From the human T2T-CHM13v2.0 reference genome, Homo sapiens, in NCBI RefSeq assembly GCF_009914755.1, contig NC_060928.1: 64,000 bases of DNA. One strand, 5' to 3'. The translations under genes and the position numbers were made by a program. The notes below the pieces were generated by a model that was not told the DNA's origin, did not search any database, and saw only the letters and a program-made list of their open reading frames with translations. Positions 25,330 through 38,925 of this stretch are shown one piece after another. The first letter of the stretch is position 1. The number at the start of each line of letters is the position of its first letter.

Positions 25330-26760
25330 ATGGCATATACAAGGTACAATAGTGCACTAAAAGAAGAATAGTTCTTTCTATTGTGCTTTTACGCCATCGT
25401 TCTCCACTACTCAACCACTGTTCTAATGAGGCCAATGCCTATAAACATGCCCAAACTTTTCCTGCTAAACAAAATGAACCCGCCAGTAGTTACTCCCAAG
25501 AACTGCTCAGTCTATTCCTTTTCTTTCTCAGCTAAACTTCTTAAAAGAATTGTCTACACCTGCTCTCCCACATCTCCTTAATCTCCTTACTCATATCCAA
25601 GCCCACTGCAATCTGGCTTCTGCCCCACTTAAATTGCTTCAACTCCTAACTGCCAAATCCTTTCAATTCTCATTTTACTTAACCATGCAAAGCACTTAAG
25701 ATAATTGGCCAAATATTGGAAAACTTCCCTTGCCTTGGCGTCCACAGTACTACTCTTGGCTGTCATTCCTTTTACCTCCCTACATGTTCCATCTCTGATT
25801 CCTTCTCCTGTTGCAGTCACTTAATTCTAGTCTGTTTCTCTAGTAGTACATTCTAAGCTCTATTCTCCTCCTAAGTGACCTCTTCTGTTCGCATGGCTGT
25901 ATCTGCAATCCACTGGCTCCTAAATGTGTATTTCTAGCCCCTTCTGGGATCAAGACACACACCTTCAACTGTGAGCTGGCTATCTAACATTCTTTGCAAG
26001 TATCCCAACCTCAATATGTACTAAAGCAGCCATATCCTCAAGGATTCCGCTGAAGATTAAAGCTAGACATGGGGAAAACTTCTCTACTCCTACTTTTCTT
26101 CCACTTATTCTGATACAGATTGTCTTCTTGATTATACCTGCTACTGTATCTCTTGAATGCAACACCTCTTCTCTACCTTCCACACTGCTTTAATTCAGGT
26201 CTCCTGGTCTACATTGTTCGTACCATTTTTCTAACTAGTTCCCATGACTTCTATGGAACTGCCTCATAATTTCCTGCTAAACAGAAGCAATTGACTTTAC
26301 CTTGCTTAACACCATTCAAGAGCCTGCAGATTTTAGTTTAAACTCCTCAGTCATAAAAGCAAGGCTCTGAAATAGTCTACTACCATCTACTTTTCCAGTC
26401 TTACTTTTGGATACATTTTTCTACACTGCCAGTATTCAAGCCACATGGACCTCTCACCATTCCCTGACTATGGCTCGATTTTTCACACAAATCTGAGCCT
26501 TTGCACAGGCTGATCCTACCTCTAAATCCCTCTCTCTCCTCCACTTGATAAATCTCAACACAGTTTTTTAAGATCCCTTTGGGATGTCATTTCCTTCTGC
26601 AACGTTTCCTTAGCTTCTCTAAGTAGGTAGTTATTCCTGCACCTTTGCTTCCATGAAACTTTGTAGCTGGCTCTATTTTAGCACTTACGTCATGTTGCTC
26701 TAAGAGCTACTTGTCCACATGTCCCTCTCTCCCAGTGAATTGCAAGCAGGTGCTAGTCTT
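25330..26760 (+). mobile_element. L2 LINE fragments
   Basis: 'cccactgcaatctggcttctgcccc', 'gagcctttgcacaggctg' are L2 motifs. Confidence 0.6.
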
Positions 26761-27135
26761 TTGTGATGGTTTATTAATTCAATGAGTATTTGAGAGCCAA
26801 CCATCAGCAGACCCTGTTCTAGGCTTATGCCATATACTGAACAAAACAGACAAACTCTAAACTCATGGAGTCTCAATTGCTGAGAACCAAATTATGATTA
26901 GTAAACCTCAGTCATGATTTGGAGATGTTTAAATCATCAGTAAGGCCATTACAAAATCAGAGTGTTAACTAATCTTACTGTGGTAGCTTTTGCATGTCAT
27001 TATAGAACAACATCTCTAACTACAGCCCATCTTTTACTTCTTTGCACCAGTGACAGAAATATGCACCTACAATAGGAGCTTTAAATGATTGAAGCTCAGC
27101 TTTTTTTTTTTTTATGAAAACTATCCTTTTCTTTG

Positions 27136-27793
27136 TTTTTTTTTAATTATACTTTAAGTTTTAGGGTACATGTGTACAACGTGCAGGTTTGTTACATATG
27201 TATACATGTGCCATGTTGGTGTGCTGCACCCATTAACTCATCATTTAACATTAGGTATATCTCCTAATGCTATCCCTCCCCCCTCCCCCCACCCCACAAC
27301 AGGCCCTGGTGTGTGATGTTCCCCTTCCTGTGTCCGTGTGTTCTCATTGTTCAATTCCCACCTATGAGTGAGAACAGGCGGTGTTTGGTTTTTTGTCCTT
27401 GGGATAGTCTGCTGAGAATGATGGTTTCCAGCTTCATCCATGTCCCTACAAAGGACATTAACTTATCATTTTTTATGGCTGCATAGTATTCAAATGTATT
27501 CAATGGTGTATATGTGACACATTTTCCTAATTCAGTCTATCATTGTTGGGCATTTGGGTTGGTTCCAAGTCTTTGCTATCGTGAATAGTGCCGCAATAAA
27601 CATACGTGTGCATGTGTCTTTATAGCAGCATGATTTATAATCCTTTGGGTATATTCCCAGTAATGGGATTGCTGGGTCAAATGGTATTTCTAGTTCTAGA
27701 TCCCTGAGGAATCGCCACACTGACTTCCTTAATGGTTGAACTAGTTTACAGTCCCACCAACAGTGTAAAAGTGTTCCTATTTCTCCACATCCT
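27136..27793 (-). mobile_element. L1PA 5'-truncated insertion (ORF2 C-terminus plus 3' UTR)
   Basis: The ORF track gives GCGEIGTLLHCWWDCKLVQP...IPFDPAIPLLGIYPKDYKSCCYKDTCTRMFIAALFTIAKTWNQPKCP, the L1 ORF2 C-terminus; degenerate TSD atcctt.. at 27123 and 27789. Confidence 0.95.
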
Positions 27794-30700
27794 TTCCTTG
27801 TCTTTAGATGCCTGTAGGACCCCTTCCAAGAGACAGTATACAATTACACATTGTAGTTGGGTAGGCCAATACTGACTCAGTTTCTCCACAAGTCAGCAGA
27901 CATCAGACCCACACTGCATGGATTCAAGAAACAGAAAAAAATACAGACAAGCTCCGTGTGGTTGAGTCAGAAAATGTCCACATGTTAGTGTGGTAACCTA
28001 TACCATATGCCTTTTTTAAATAGGCACTAGTACCATGAGTATCTAATGTAATCTTTGAGTATTTTGCAGACAGAGAAATTTAGGCTTCTCCGTAACTGAT
28101 ACATGTGTCGTGAGTGAAACAGTGAGAAACTCGGAAAACAGAAAGAATTTGCCACTAACAAAAAAGGACAATGCAGTGTCTGATCCATGAAGAAAAGTTC
28201 TCAGCTGGAACAGGAACAACAGTAACTGGCCTGAAGCCTTGAGGAAGGATGAATAGTTAATAAGAGATTGCAAGGAATCATTATCTATGTGATACTTGCT
28301 ATTTGTGTTAGCAAACAGATAAATATATAGGGAAGTTACTTGCTGATACAATTGCACATTGCTGATAGTTCTTTGCCGCTCACTGGTTTGTTTTAGGCTT
28401 TAAAGTCTTCTATATCAGACTTTTCTCTTTATACTAGTAAAGCATAAAGAGAAATGCCTGTACAAGAGGTTACCAGTATCATTTTACTGGTGTTCTGACA
28501 GAAATCAAAACTTTCAGGCCAGTCAACTGAGCATGCCTTAATTTAAAGGTCAGATACAAGGATGAGGTGAACCAGACCAGTGAAATCCTAAGTCTGGTGT
28601 GATCATCACTGGGTGTGTACACCTGGAATCAGCAATAAAATATTACTACTGCCATTGTATCTACTATTATCTAAGAAAAAAAGGAGACAAGCTCTATTAA
28701 TAATTAGCATACATACATCTAAATGTATACATGTATAATCTATGAAAAAATCTATCAAAATGAAGAACATGCCCTAGATATTTTACAGATAGGGGTCCAT
28801 GATCAAAACATTTTGGAGACTGCTGACCTAGACACCAGATGACTAATTGTGAGTTCTACGTAACAGACCACAGTCAGATTTCAGAGGTAAAGCAAAGCAG
28901 AAAAGAAAAGGTAAACGAAAAAAAAAAAAAAAACAGAACACCAAAATAGAGAAAATGAAAAAATTATTCCAGATATCACAAGGGCAAGCAGTACAAATAC
29001 ATGATCTACAGTTTGCTGATTATAGAAATATTGTCTTCTGTTTTTTGCTGGGTGCAGGGACCAAGATCAGATAATGTGATGTGACTATTTGGTTATCTTG
29101 TTCCCCTGCTTAAAACCTGTGATCACTTCTCATTGCTCTTAAAATAAAGTCCAAATATTTAATAAAACTCAGACTCTTAGCCATCTGGACCTTATCTTTT
29201 GTCACTTGCTGTCTTTTTGCAGGGGTGGAATGGGGGGATGGGAAGGACCTCCTCATTTCACGTATGTTCTCTAACCTTGTTCTTGTCTATCTCTAAGTGT
29301 AATTCAAATGTTGACCCAATTTCTAATTCCTTTAATCATTATTTTCTGACTTATAAAACATATTAAGTCTTTTTCCCATATGTTCCTATAGCCTCCTGTG
29401 CTTGCTTTTCTGAAAAACTCAGCATACTCAGAATGTATTTTTCAAGGTCTTTCTTCCTTGCTAGCCATCTGTGAGGACAGGGAAGGTATCTGTAACCCCA
29501 AAGCACACAGCACAATGTTTGATGTATAAGAAGTGATAAATAAATGTGTTCATTGGAGTGAAGTTGAATGAAATGTGTCCTGACACCCAGAGAGAAAAAT
29601 AGTTTGCCTCTGAGCTGCCTAAGTACTTGCTAATTTAATAGGATGATGGCAGAAATATGAGACTTACCTAATAGTTAAAATAATATTTGACTGCTGTTTT
29701 ATCAGTACCTTTAAAGGCATTTCATATTCCACTGGTAAACAAATATTTGAGTGCCTCAATGGGTCTTGAAAGTGCTATGGTGTCTTTACTCTGGGTTGGC
29801 AGACACCCAACAATTAATTAAAACTGCTTTCATTAAGGCATAATATTGAAAGGATTCATGACTTATTCTGGCAGGACAGAGGATAGCTGAAGTTCATTGC
29901 TTACAGTAATGTTATGTATTCTGAGTTGGTTAGTCTTAGCAAGATTCCCTGTGCCCATTGTCCTTGGAGGGGGTTGGAAATGCAGGTGCATGATCAAGCA
30001 GTGGAGGGAAGGGAGTATGAGCAGCTATGCAAATGCAATGCTCCAGGTAAAAATCTCTTTGCCCAGGATAAGATATATCCTTCAGAAGCTTGCCTATGTA
30101 CTGCACTTCCAACGACTAGGCTGCCCCAGACTCTTATCAGGCACTAGTTTGTCCACAGTGGTCATTTTCATCAATTCCTTCAACTCAAGCTCAGGGAGGC
30201 CCTGCAGGTTACTTTCATTGCCATCCAAACCCCTCAAGCATTTAATGGTTCTTTTTCCCAACCCACAAACCTAAGTACTAAGGTTTCCTCTTCCCATGTA
30301 ATCACTTCCCACCAGGCTCCACCTTCAACACTGGAAGTCACAATTAAAAATAAGATTTGAAGGGGAGAAAATATCCAGACTATATAAGATCTCTATACTG
30401 TATATAACATAGAAACTCACAGGGAGATTTTCCAGTTCATTTGCTCTTTAACTGCATGCACCACCAAACTGGACAACAAGCACTAATTCAACTAAGCCAA
30501 GCCCAGTCCTCCCAGAATGATTCTAGCTCAGCTCAGAGTACCACGTGCCACCCTCCACTCTTCCCCTGTCCTTCCCTGTCCAGGCAGGACAGTCAAGAAA
30601 TAAGAGTTCAGAGTATAGGCTGTGGAGCCACGATGCCTTGGTTAATAAATACACCCACTCTCTCAATCACTGGATGTGTGACTTTGGGCAAGTTGCTTAA

Positions 30701-32011
30701 CCCCTTTGAGCCTCAATTTACTTATCAATAAAAAGGATATTTAAAATTGCTTGAGTGTCCCTCTTACCAGGGTATTCCTCTAGCACCCCAAATATAATAT
30801 TGAACTCAATGCTTTTGACCCTATGTGCATGCACATGTACAAACACACACACAATTTCTTTCTTCTGTCCTCTGTCATCTGAATAATATCCTCCCATCAC
30901 CATAAGCAAAGGCCTTCATCAGTTACCCCAGCTGGAGTATAGAGCCTGCCTAGGTGCATGTCCTTGACTCCTGCTCCTCCTTGATCTCCCATCTAACTCC
31001 ACCCACACATTCAATCAGTTACAAAGACCAACCACAATGCCCCAAGAACCTTCCACCAACACCCTTCTCTAACTATACCTTCCTACTTAATGCCTCGACA
31101 ACTTTGATGACTTCTCAATGACCTTTCCACCTGGAAACTCTCCCTTCTTTAATCTTTCATTTACATCAGACAAGAGGACTCTTCCTAAAGCATCACTTTG
31201 ATTATGCCATTATTGTCCTCAGAAACCTTAAATGCCTACCCACTACATAAAATCCACGTTTCTTAGACTCTCCAATCTCATGTCACAGCCTCATCACTTC
31301 TCAGGTCACCACCTATGCCATCCAAACTGCTGTCCCTACACATTTATTCATGCCTCCCCACTAAATGCTTCTTCTCAATCCCTCTGAACTCCACTGGCTA
31401 TTCAGAGTGCAGCTCTTCCACAGAATCTTCCCCAACAAGTCACCCCAGAGTGACCTCCTGTTCCCTTCTACACTAGAGGACCAGATTTATCCCTTCCAGA
31501 GAGCAAATGTCACTTCCTCAGAACTCCCTCCCTCCACGACCCCCACATATTCCCAATCTTTCCTCTCTCCTGACTTCTCATCCTCATGATTAAAGAACAT
31601 TTTTCTCAGGCCAAATAATTATAAAAATGACCACAACTCACATTTATAGGGCCTTATCTATTTGTCAGGCACTGTGCTAAGCACTTCATATGCATTAATT
31701 CAGTTAATCCTCAGTGCAACCTGGTGATATAGGTTCTCTTCAGTGATTCGCAACTTAACATAGATTTGAGTACATTTTCATAGAAAGATAGTAGAAAATA
31801 AACAAATATACCCAAAAGAAATGAAGATTATATATATATATATATGCGCACATGTATAGCTACACACACATAGTATATATAAAACAGCATTATCAAATAA
31901 TAGTATAGCATATATCGTATGTCTATATTTTTTTCTTTTACGAAGTATATAAAAACTATGAAGGAAAGTAAAGCAGGGTAAAGAGATTGAGAGATGACAG
32001 GGATTGAGAGA

Positions 32012-32368
32012 TGATATGGTTTGGCTGTGTCCCCACCCAAACCTCATCTTGAATTGTAGCTCCCATAATTCCCACACGGAACTCACTGAGAGATAACTGA
32101 ATCATGGGGCGGTCCCCCCATACTGTTCTCTTGATGGTGAATAAGTCTCACAAGATCTGATGGTTTTATAAGGGGCTTCCGCTTTTGCTTGGCTCTCGTT
32201 CTCTTTGCCTGCTGCCATGTAAGATGTGGTTTTGCTCTTCCTTGTCTTCTACCATGACGGTGAGGTCTGCCCAGCCATGTAGAACGTGAGTCAATTAAAC
32301 CTCTTTCCTTTATAAATTACCCAGTCTCAGACATGTCTTTATTAGCAGCGTGAGAACAGACTAATACA
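32012..32368 (+). mobile_element. THE1B-like solo LTR
   Basis: tgatatggtttggctgtgtccccaccc...gaacagactaataca; TSD agaga/agagg. Confidence 0.93.
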
Positions 32369-34381
32369 AGAGGCACAGGATGGGTTGTTATATTAGATGA
32401 AGTCATCAGAGAAGTACCATATCAACAGAGACCCAAATGAAGTGAGGAAGAAAAGCAACAGAATTACCGGGCAAGAATGGTCCAGGCACACATTAAGAAA
32501 CTAAACTACAGAGAGGCCATGTGGCTTCTCAAGGTAACGTGATAGCAGGCACAGTATGTGAATCCTAATTCTGACTCCAAAGTCTTATCCTTAGCCACCA
32601 ATCCTCACCTTCCATTAATGTTCTGCAGCAGTTCATTCTATTAGCCAGCTCTGGATTTTTAAAACTCTCTTTTTTCCCTGTTAGTTAACAAATATGGGCC
32701 TTCTACATGCCAGTCACTGACCTCCATTCATTGGAGGTCACTTACCTCTACAATTTCTTCTCCAGGTATAACACGTTTCCCTGGTTTCACCTCTATCTCC
32801 CACCCTTATTCTTTACAGTTCTGACTCTAGACTCTATTCCTTATCCAGTTCATGACTTCAGTTACCATTATCTTTCTGCAACTAATTCCCAAACTGGCGC
32901 CCCAGTTTAATTTGATAGCCAGCTTCTTGGGAGCAAGACTGTGCCTCATTCATCTCTCTATTCCTAATACTCATCACAATGCTGGACGTGTAATAAATGT
33001 GTGCTTCTCTGAAATGGATTAAATTTGGACTCTGCATTTCCATCTACCTTTGGGACAGTTTGACCTGGATGTTTTCCCAGTATCTCAAAATCAATATTTC
33101 TAAAAATGAACACATTATCTTCCCTCCAAAACCTGTTCCTCCGCCTATATTCCTTGTCTCTCACCGCAGCACCACAAAGTATCACAGTCACCAACCTTGC
33201 CATCTTTCTCCCCCACAACAGTCATCTCACCTTTCCATTCCCACTGCCTTTACCCTTGTTCAAACGTTTGTTTTCTCTTGCCTAGACTAATGGGACCGCC
33301 TCCTCATGATATCCCAACTAATGGTACTTCCTACACAGCTATGCAAAATTAATTCCCTTCATTCTGTCACTTTTTGTGAAATTTGATGGTCTTCTATCCA
33401 CAAAATTGAATCTCAGTATCATGTTCCAACCCATATGGCCCAATACCTATTGGGCATCTTCTCCACTTTGATATCCAAGAAGCCCTTAAATTTCATTGTT
33501 CTTCAAAACTAACCATTCAGGTTTTTTTCAACCGAACCTCCATCTCTGTATTTCCCATCTTGGTAAATGTATGCCACCCAACAGTTCCCCTGGCCAGAAA
33601 CTGAGAGTTGCTCTTGTCTTCTATTTGTCTGATGTGTACTCTCTGCCTTCCACTGCATGACCAATGCCTTGCTCTGTCCTTCCTTATGTCTCACCTGCAG
33701 CTATGCCACACAAGTCTCTGCCTGCTGTTTTACTCCCTTTTTGTCCATTGACTACGTCACCAGTTATATTCCCAGTGTGCAAATGTGGTCATGCTGTGCT
33801 CTTGATTGAAATCTATCAGTAGTTTTCATACTGCATCACATCTTGACCGTGACTACTGTCCAGCTTCCCATCTCATAGTTTTCTTCTTCCCCACACATTC
33901 CCACAAAACCATACAAAATTCTTACTGTTCCCTGATTGTAGTACCATGTTCTCTTGGTCCAGCCTCAGGACCACAGTTCTCCCTGCCTGAAACATTCAAA
34001 ATTCACCTGCCATCTGTCCCTGAAAAATTCATTCTCATTCTCCAGTCCTATCTAGTCTAAGTAGCTTTCTACGACTATCCCACTTGCGTAGTATGACTTA
34101 TACCTGTTTCCAAAGCAGTCTGTGCTTGGTGTTATTACAGGGCTTTTGAAGTTCTAATTTTCATCTCTCATTTCTATCTCTTTAGATTCAGGGCTTCTTT
34201 TCCATGGGATATTTTTCAACTCTGTATTCTAGTACTTAGAAGAATACTTGGGAAATGATGTTCAGTATATGTTTTGTGAAAGAATCAATTGGCTCACATT
34301 TGGGGAAGCCCCCATGATATGAAGGAGTAGTAATATTATTTAATCTACAGAATAATGCTCTTTTCTACGTAAGGTTTGTGT

Positions 34382-34452
34382 TGTATTATACATGATTCTG
34401 TATTATACACGATTCTGTATTATACACGATTGTGTTGTATATACACGATTCT
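34382..34452. repeat. 17-bp minisatellite, ~4 copies (tgtattatacacgattc)
   Basis: Units at 34382, 34399 and 34416, plus a degenerate fourth. Confidence 0.92.
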
Positions 34453-37400
34453 AAAAAACTACTATCACTCAATAACAAACCATGTGATTATGATAGATTT
34501 ACTGTGTGTTCCTTCAGCTTATTATTTCACAGAAGACAAGGACTGCACCTACTGATATCCTTCATTAAGAACATACGATGGGGTCCTAGGAAGGTATTTA
34601 GCACGTGGCTTTGAAGATGAAATAAACTAACATACGCTGTGTAATTAATACACAATTTGGGTCAAGTAGAATTCTGGGGTAGAGAAGGAAGATATGATTT
34701 AAATGTTTAATTCCTATACCTTAAACAATTAACATATCTTTTTATATTCTGAAACTTTTACTAGCACTGTGTCTCTCATATAGGAGGTGATTGATAAACG
34801 CATTTTAAATGAATGATTGTTTAATAACATTCTCAAAAATATTTCTAAAACTACACAACACAAATTACATTAAGGCTGAAATTATAACTGTCATTGAGAT
34901 CTAAAATTTTGCTGTAACAGTAGTTATGGAAGGCCACAATCTCATGCTCAGGGATCCAAGGATAAATAAAGCTATGTCTTAAATTGCAATTCTTCTAACA
35001 AGTTAGTTTTACCCTTTTACAGTTTAATCTTCCCATTGTAGTGGTGGTGGACTTTTCATTCTCACTGTTTATTCTGAGAGGTGAACAACAATTTTCAAAG
35101 TACTTTTTAATGACTAATTTTCATTTGGAGGTTACATCCATAACTTTAACTAGAGGACTTACAGGGTGTAGCGGAGACTCCTGTACTTAAATTACATCAG
35201 AAGTGTTAGTATTTATTACCTTCCAGCTTCCCAGTTTAGATGTGTGCCCTTTCTTAAAAACTATCTTACAACATCTCCATTTTAAAAGATGAGATTTATT
35301 CTATAAATCCACAGTAGGAGAATTCCCTCACTCCATGTCCCTGGATATTGTATTTTACAGGTTCTGGCTTCCTTTTTCCATGTTTCTCAATGCCTGGTTC
35401 TGCACTCTCATTGTTTTATACTTGTCCCCAAGATTTTCCTCCCCACAACTTTTAAATTAACACAGTGCACCTACGTTTCAGAGTATGTGCCAACTCTCTC
35501 AGATATCATGACTTCAGCAGAAAATCCTGATGAAACTGGACCATGAGCGGACAGGGAACAGATAACCACTGCAATAATACTGTGCATCAAAGTAGAAAAG
35601 ACTCATCTTCAAATTAAAGGGAGTTTATGAAAGTAGATGATATGGAAAAAGTGATTTAAAATTCTTGGAAAGGATGTGAGAAAAGTTGAGCAGAATGTGA
35701 CTTTCACAAGTGCTTGAAATATTAGATGATGTATAATAATATCCCTAAAATAAGTGATTCCCAAAATTAAGTTTAAAAATTAGAGAAACATCCTATTTAA
35801 TTTGAAAATTCCTACACCAATTTGAAATGCCTCTGCCTACACCAGAACATCATGTAAATTCCCAATAAGAGACCTGAGCATTTTCAAATTCCTTTAGGAT
35901 TATCTTTAAACAGAAGTTATAGCTCACTTGAACTCTCCAAGCTTCCAAATCATATGTTTTATGAAAAAGGTACATTTCTTTACAGACTTCCAGTATCAAA
36001 GAAGGTTTTTAAAATCTTTAAAATAGCTTAGATAATGTAATGTCTTTAGGTGACTGAAAGATAAACCCATATTACAATTAGAAAAATTGGTAGAGGGTAG
36101 GAAGAAATGGAAAATAGAACAAACACAGAACTTCAAGCCCACTTCTTCTCATAGCTTTATTCTATAGGTCCCCAAAGAGTAAAAGGTCAAGTTCAATATC
36201 ACTGTGTGCTTCCACTTGGACAGGAACAGCACTTATACCAACTGGAAGTAATTTTGCTTTTAAATATCCATCTCACTTCATCCTTAACTCTGTTATGAGA
36301 ATGAATATTTTAAAATAAACATGTTTAGGCATTTATTTTCTCCTCAACTTGACTATCAATGCCTCATGCATATTCAGTTACTAAATCTTGGATAAACAGT
36401 AAGCTCTTTAGAAGTAGACTCTATGTCTCAGTCGTCCCAATACTAAGTAGTTTCTTTGTAAATATTTGCTGAATTGATCTCATTTCATCATTACAGGATC
36501 TTTATAAGCTACAAGTAGATATCATTACCACCATTGTACAGAGGAAAAAAGAAAGAAACAGCAACATTAAACTCAATGGCTACTTCATATATTCTCGCCT
36601 TTCTAAATTAAATTAAAATTTCTCTAAATTAAACTTCTCTCCAAATTTAACTTGTTCTTAATACTATATCTCACAGAGTTGTTTTATAAATGTCTGTTTG
36701 TTAGTTCTATATTATTTTAGTTTTTTTTTCTCAAATTCCCTGTGGACACAAGAAGACTGGAGGATCAGTTCCACTACAGTAGAATGGGTTGGAGTACAAC
36801 CCTGTATCTTTGCCTTTAGATGTAACTATAAGACACTTTTATTCATGGAGTGAATTACCATATGCAAAGCATGGATAAAAGGTATGGGCTAGGCCATTTT
36901 TTAAAGTAGTTTCTCATGCTATCATAATGAATATTCATTAAATTATAAAAAGTTATAACCCAAAATAAAACCCCTGGCAGAATATCTATTTGGAGATGTA
37001 GATCGGTTTAAGAGCTACATATGCTATATATACCCAATATTATCATGAAACTCATGAAGACATTTAGAAGTCATGTCTTTTCTTGTAAAAAACAAAATAA
37101 TAAGATTTTCAGACATCTTATCATATGTAACAATGTACAAACAGCACAACAAAAAAAGACAGATTGTGGGGGAATCGTCATTAGACTGCAGTAGATACTG
37201 CTATCAGTCCAATCTGATTTTGATTCTGATCTGGGCTATGATAATGTCACTTCTTAAATAAACTGCTTCACTCAAAAGCTCCTTCAGAATATTAAGAACT
37301 GTTGACATCTGGAGATGGAAGTCTATTTTTCCTCCAAAACCTTTTTGTAGTAAAGACCTATTAAAAAAAAAAAAAACAGATCTAATTCCCTAAAGACTTT

Positions 37401-38613
37401 TCATGAGCAGATGTTGTCTGAATACAAAAGGGGACATTTCCCTAAGCCAATACAAATTTCAGGTAACCAAAAAGTTAAAAATTGTTGCTGTAAAATGTTT
37501 TGAGGACTCATTTTTACCTAAATAAATAATTGGGGTGGGACAGGTAGAGGGAGAGAAGTTTCTAAAAGGTCAATAACATATCCAAAGGGTATTTAAACTG
37601 ACAACCTATTTCCAATGAGAGAGCCACTCAACCACACTGGCTGTGTTCGTTTAGGAAGAAAAATCAGCCTTAACATGAGCATGAAGGCCAAATGCTCAAT
37701 ATGGAAAATTCTATATTTATATCCATGTTCAAATTATTCCTTATATTGTCAGAGTGTGTGAAGAGCTTTTATGTTTAAATACTGACAGTCACCCCTTTTT
37801 CAGGTTTTCTAATGCTACGTGCATGTGTGCGCATATAGCACAGCCTGTAGTGAAAAGACTGGGCAAGAAGAGGAGATACAGCCACAGCAATGACAGCAAA
37901 GGAGCTGAACTTCTGCTTGTCTCAGCCTTGACACACTTTTCACTTCCCACTTACTTCCCTCTCAATACAGCCTGATTTTTCACTGTGAAATCTGATATAA
38001 AAGGAAATGCACCTGAGGAAATGGGTGTATATACACTGAATGACATCTCCATGCCTTTTTAAATTTTCCCATTCCTTTCCACATCCACTGCTGTAATGCA
38101 AGGATCTATCATCTGATGAGAATAATGGTGGTGGATGTGGTGGTGTAGGCATTCACTCACTGAGGGGAAATTTACAAAGGACCATTTGTGGGGTTAGGGG
38201 CCAGGAGATGTGAGGCCCCTCAGACTACTGATGTTGGAGGTGATCATTGATCTGGAAGGGAGTAAGAATGAGGGAATGTCATAGTAACAACACCCAAAGA
38301 TGACATTGATGACTGCCCTAAATACACAAAAACACTGGGCATCTATTAAGCTCTTTTTCAGAAACACTGTACACTCTGATAGTCATGGTGCTATAGATGC
38401 AAGAACATTCACAGTTCAAAGGAGCATTATCTTGATGTCATGTACTGTGCTCATAAACTCAGTCCACTGAATGGAAAGACATGGAGCCAAAAGTCACTTT
38501 CAGCCAATGGCTTAACATGCAATCAAATGTGAATTGTAACTTTGGTCTTTGGTGGGTCTACCATGGGACAACGTGATTTAATTCAATCAATATGTTTAAA
38601 TATCTACTAGTTT

Positions 38614-38925
38614 TTTGTTTTGTTTTGTTATGTTTTGTTTTTGAGACAGAGTCTCACTCTGTTGCCCAGGCAGGAGTGCAATGGTGCGATCTAGGCTCAC
38701 TGCAACCTCTGCCTCCTGGGTTCAAGCGATTCTCCCTGCCTCAGCCTCCCAAGTAGCTGGGATTACAGGTGTCTGCCACCACGCCCAGCTAATTTTTGTA
38801 TTTCTAGTAGAGAACGGGTTTCATCATGTTGGCCAGGCTGGTCTCAAACTCCTGACCTCAGGCGATCTGCCAGCCTCGGCCTCCCAAAGTGCTGAGATTA
38901 CAAGTGTGAGCCACCATTCCTGGTC
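38614..38925 (-). mobile_element. AluSx-like
   Basis: Full dimer in reverse; 17-bp TSD taaat(a/g)tctactagttt at 38597-38613 and 38926-38942. Confidence 0.95.

Noticed and set aside
28571-28611. Interleaved complementary pairs (accagac/gtctggt and cagtga/tcactg) resembling a pseudoknot
   Set aside because: Short stems, one loop of 0 nt, no supporting context; likely chance.
34382-34452. Regularly spaced repeats as a possible CRISPR-like array
   Set aside because: Head-to-tail units with no unique spacers, in mammalian DNA; it is a minisatellite.
35529-35545. CTGATGA-AAC, resembling a hammerhead ribozyme core
   Set aside because: No stem II or flanking helices.
37351-37388. A-run with loosely similar flanks (agacctatt/agatctaatt) as a second poly(A)-only insertion
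   Set aside because: Flank similarity is too short and degenerate to call a TSD.
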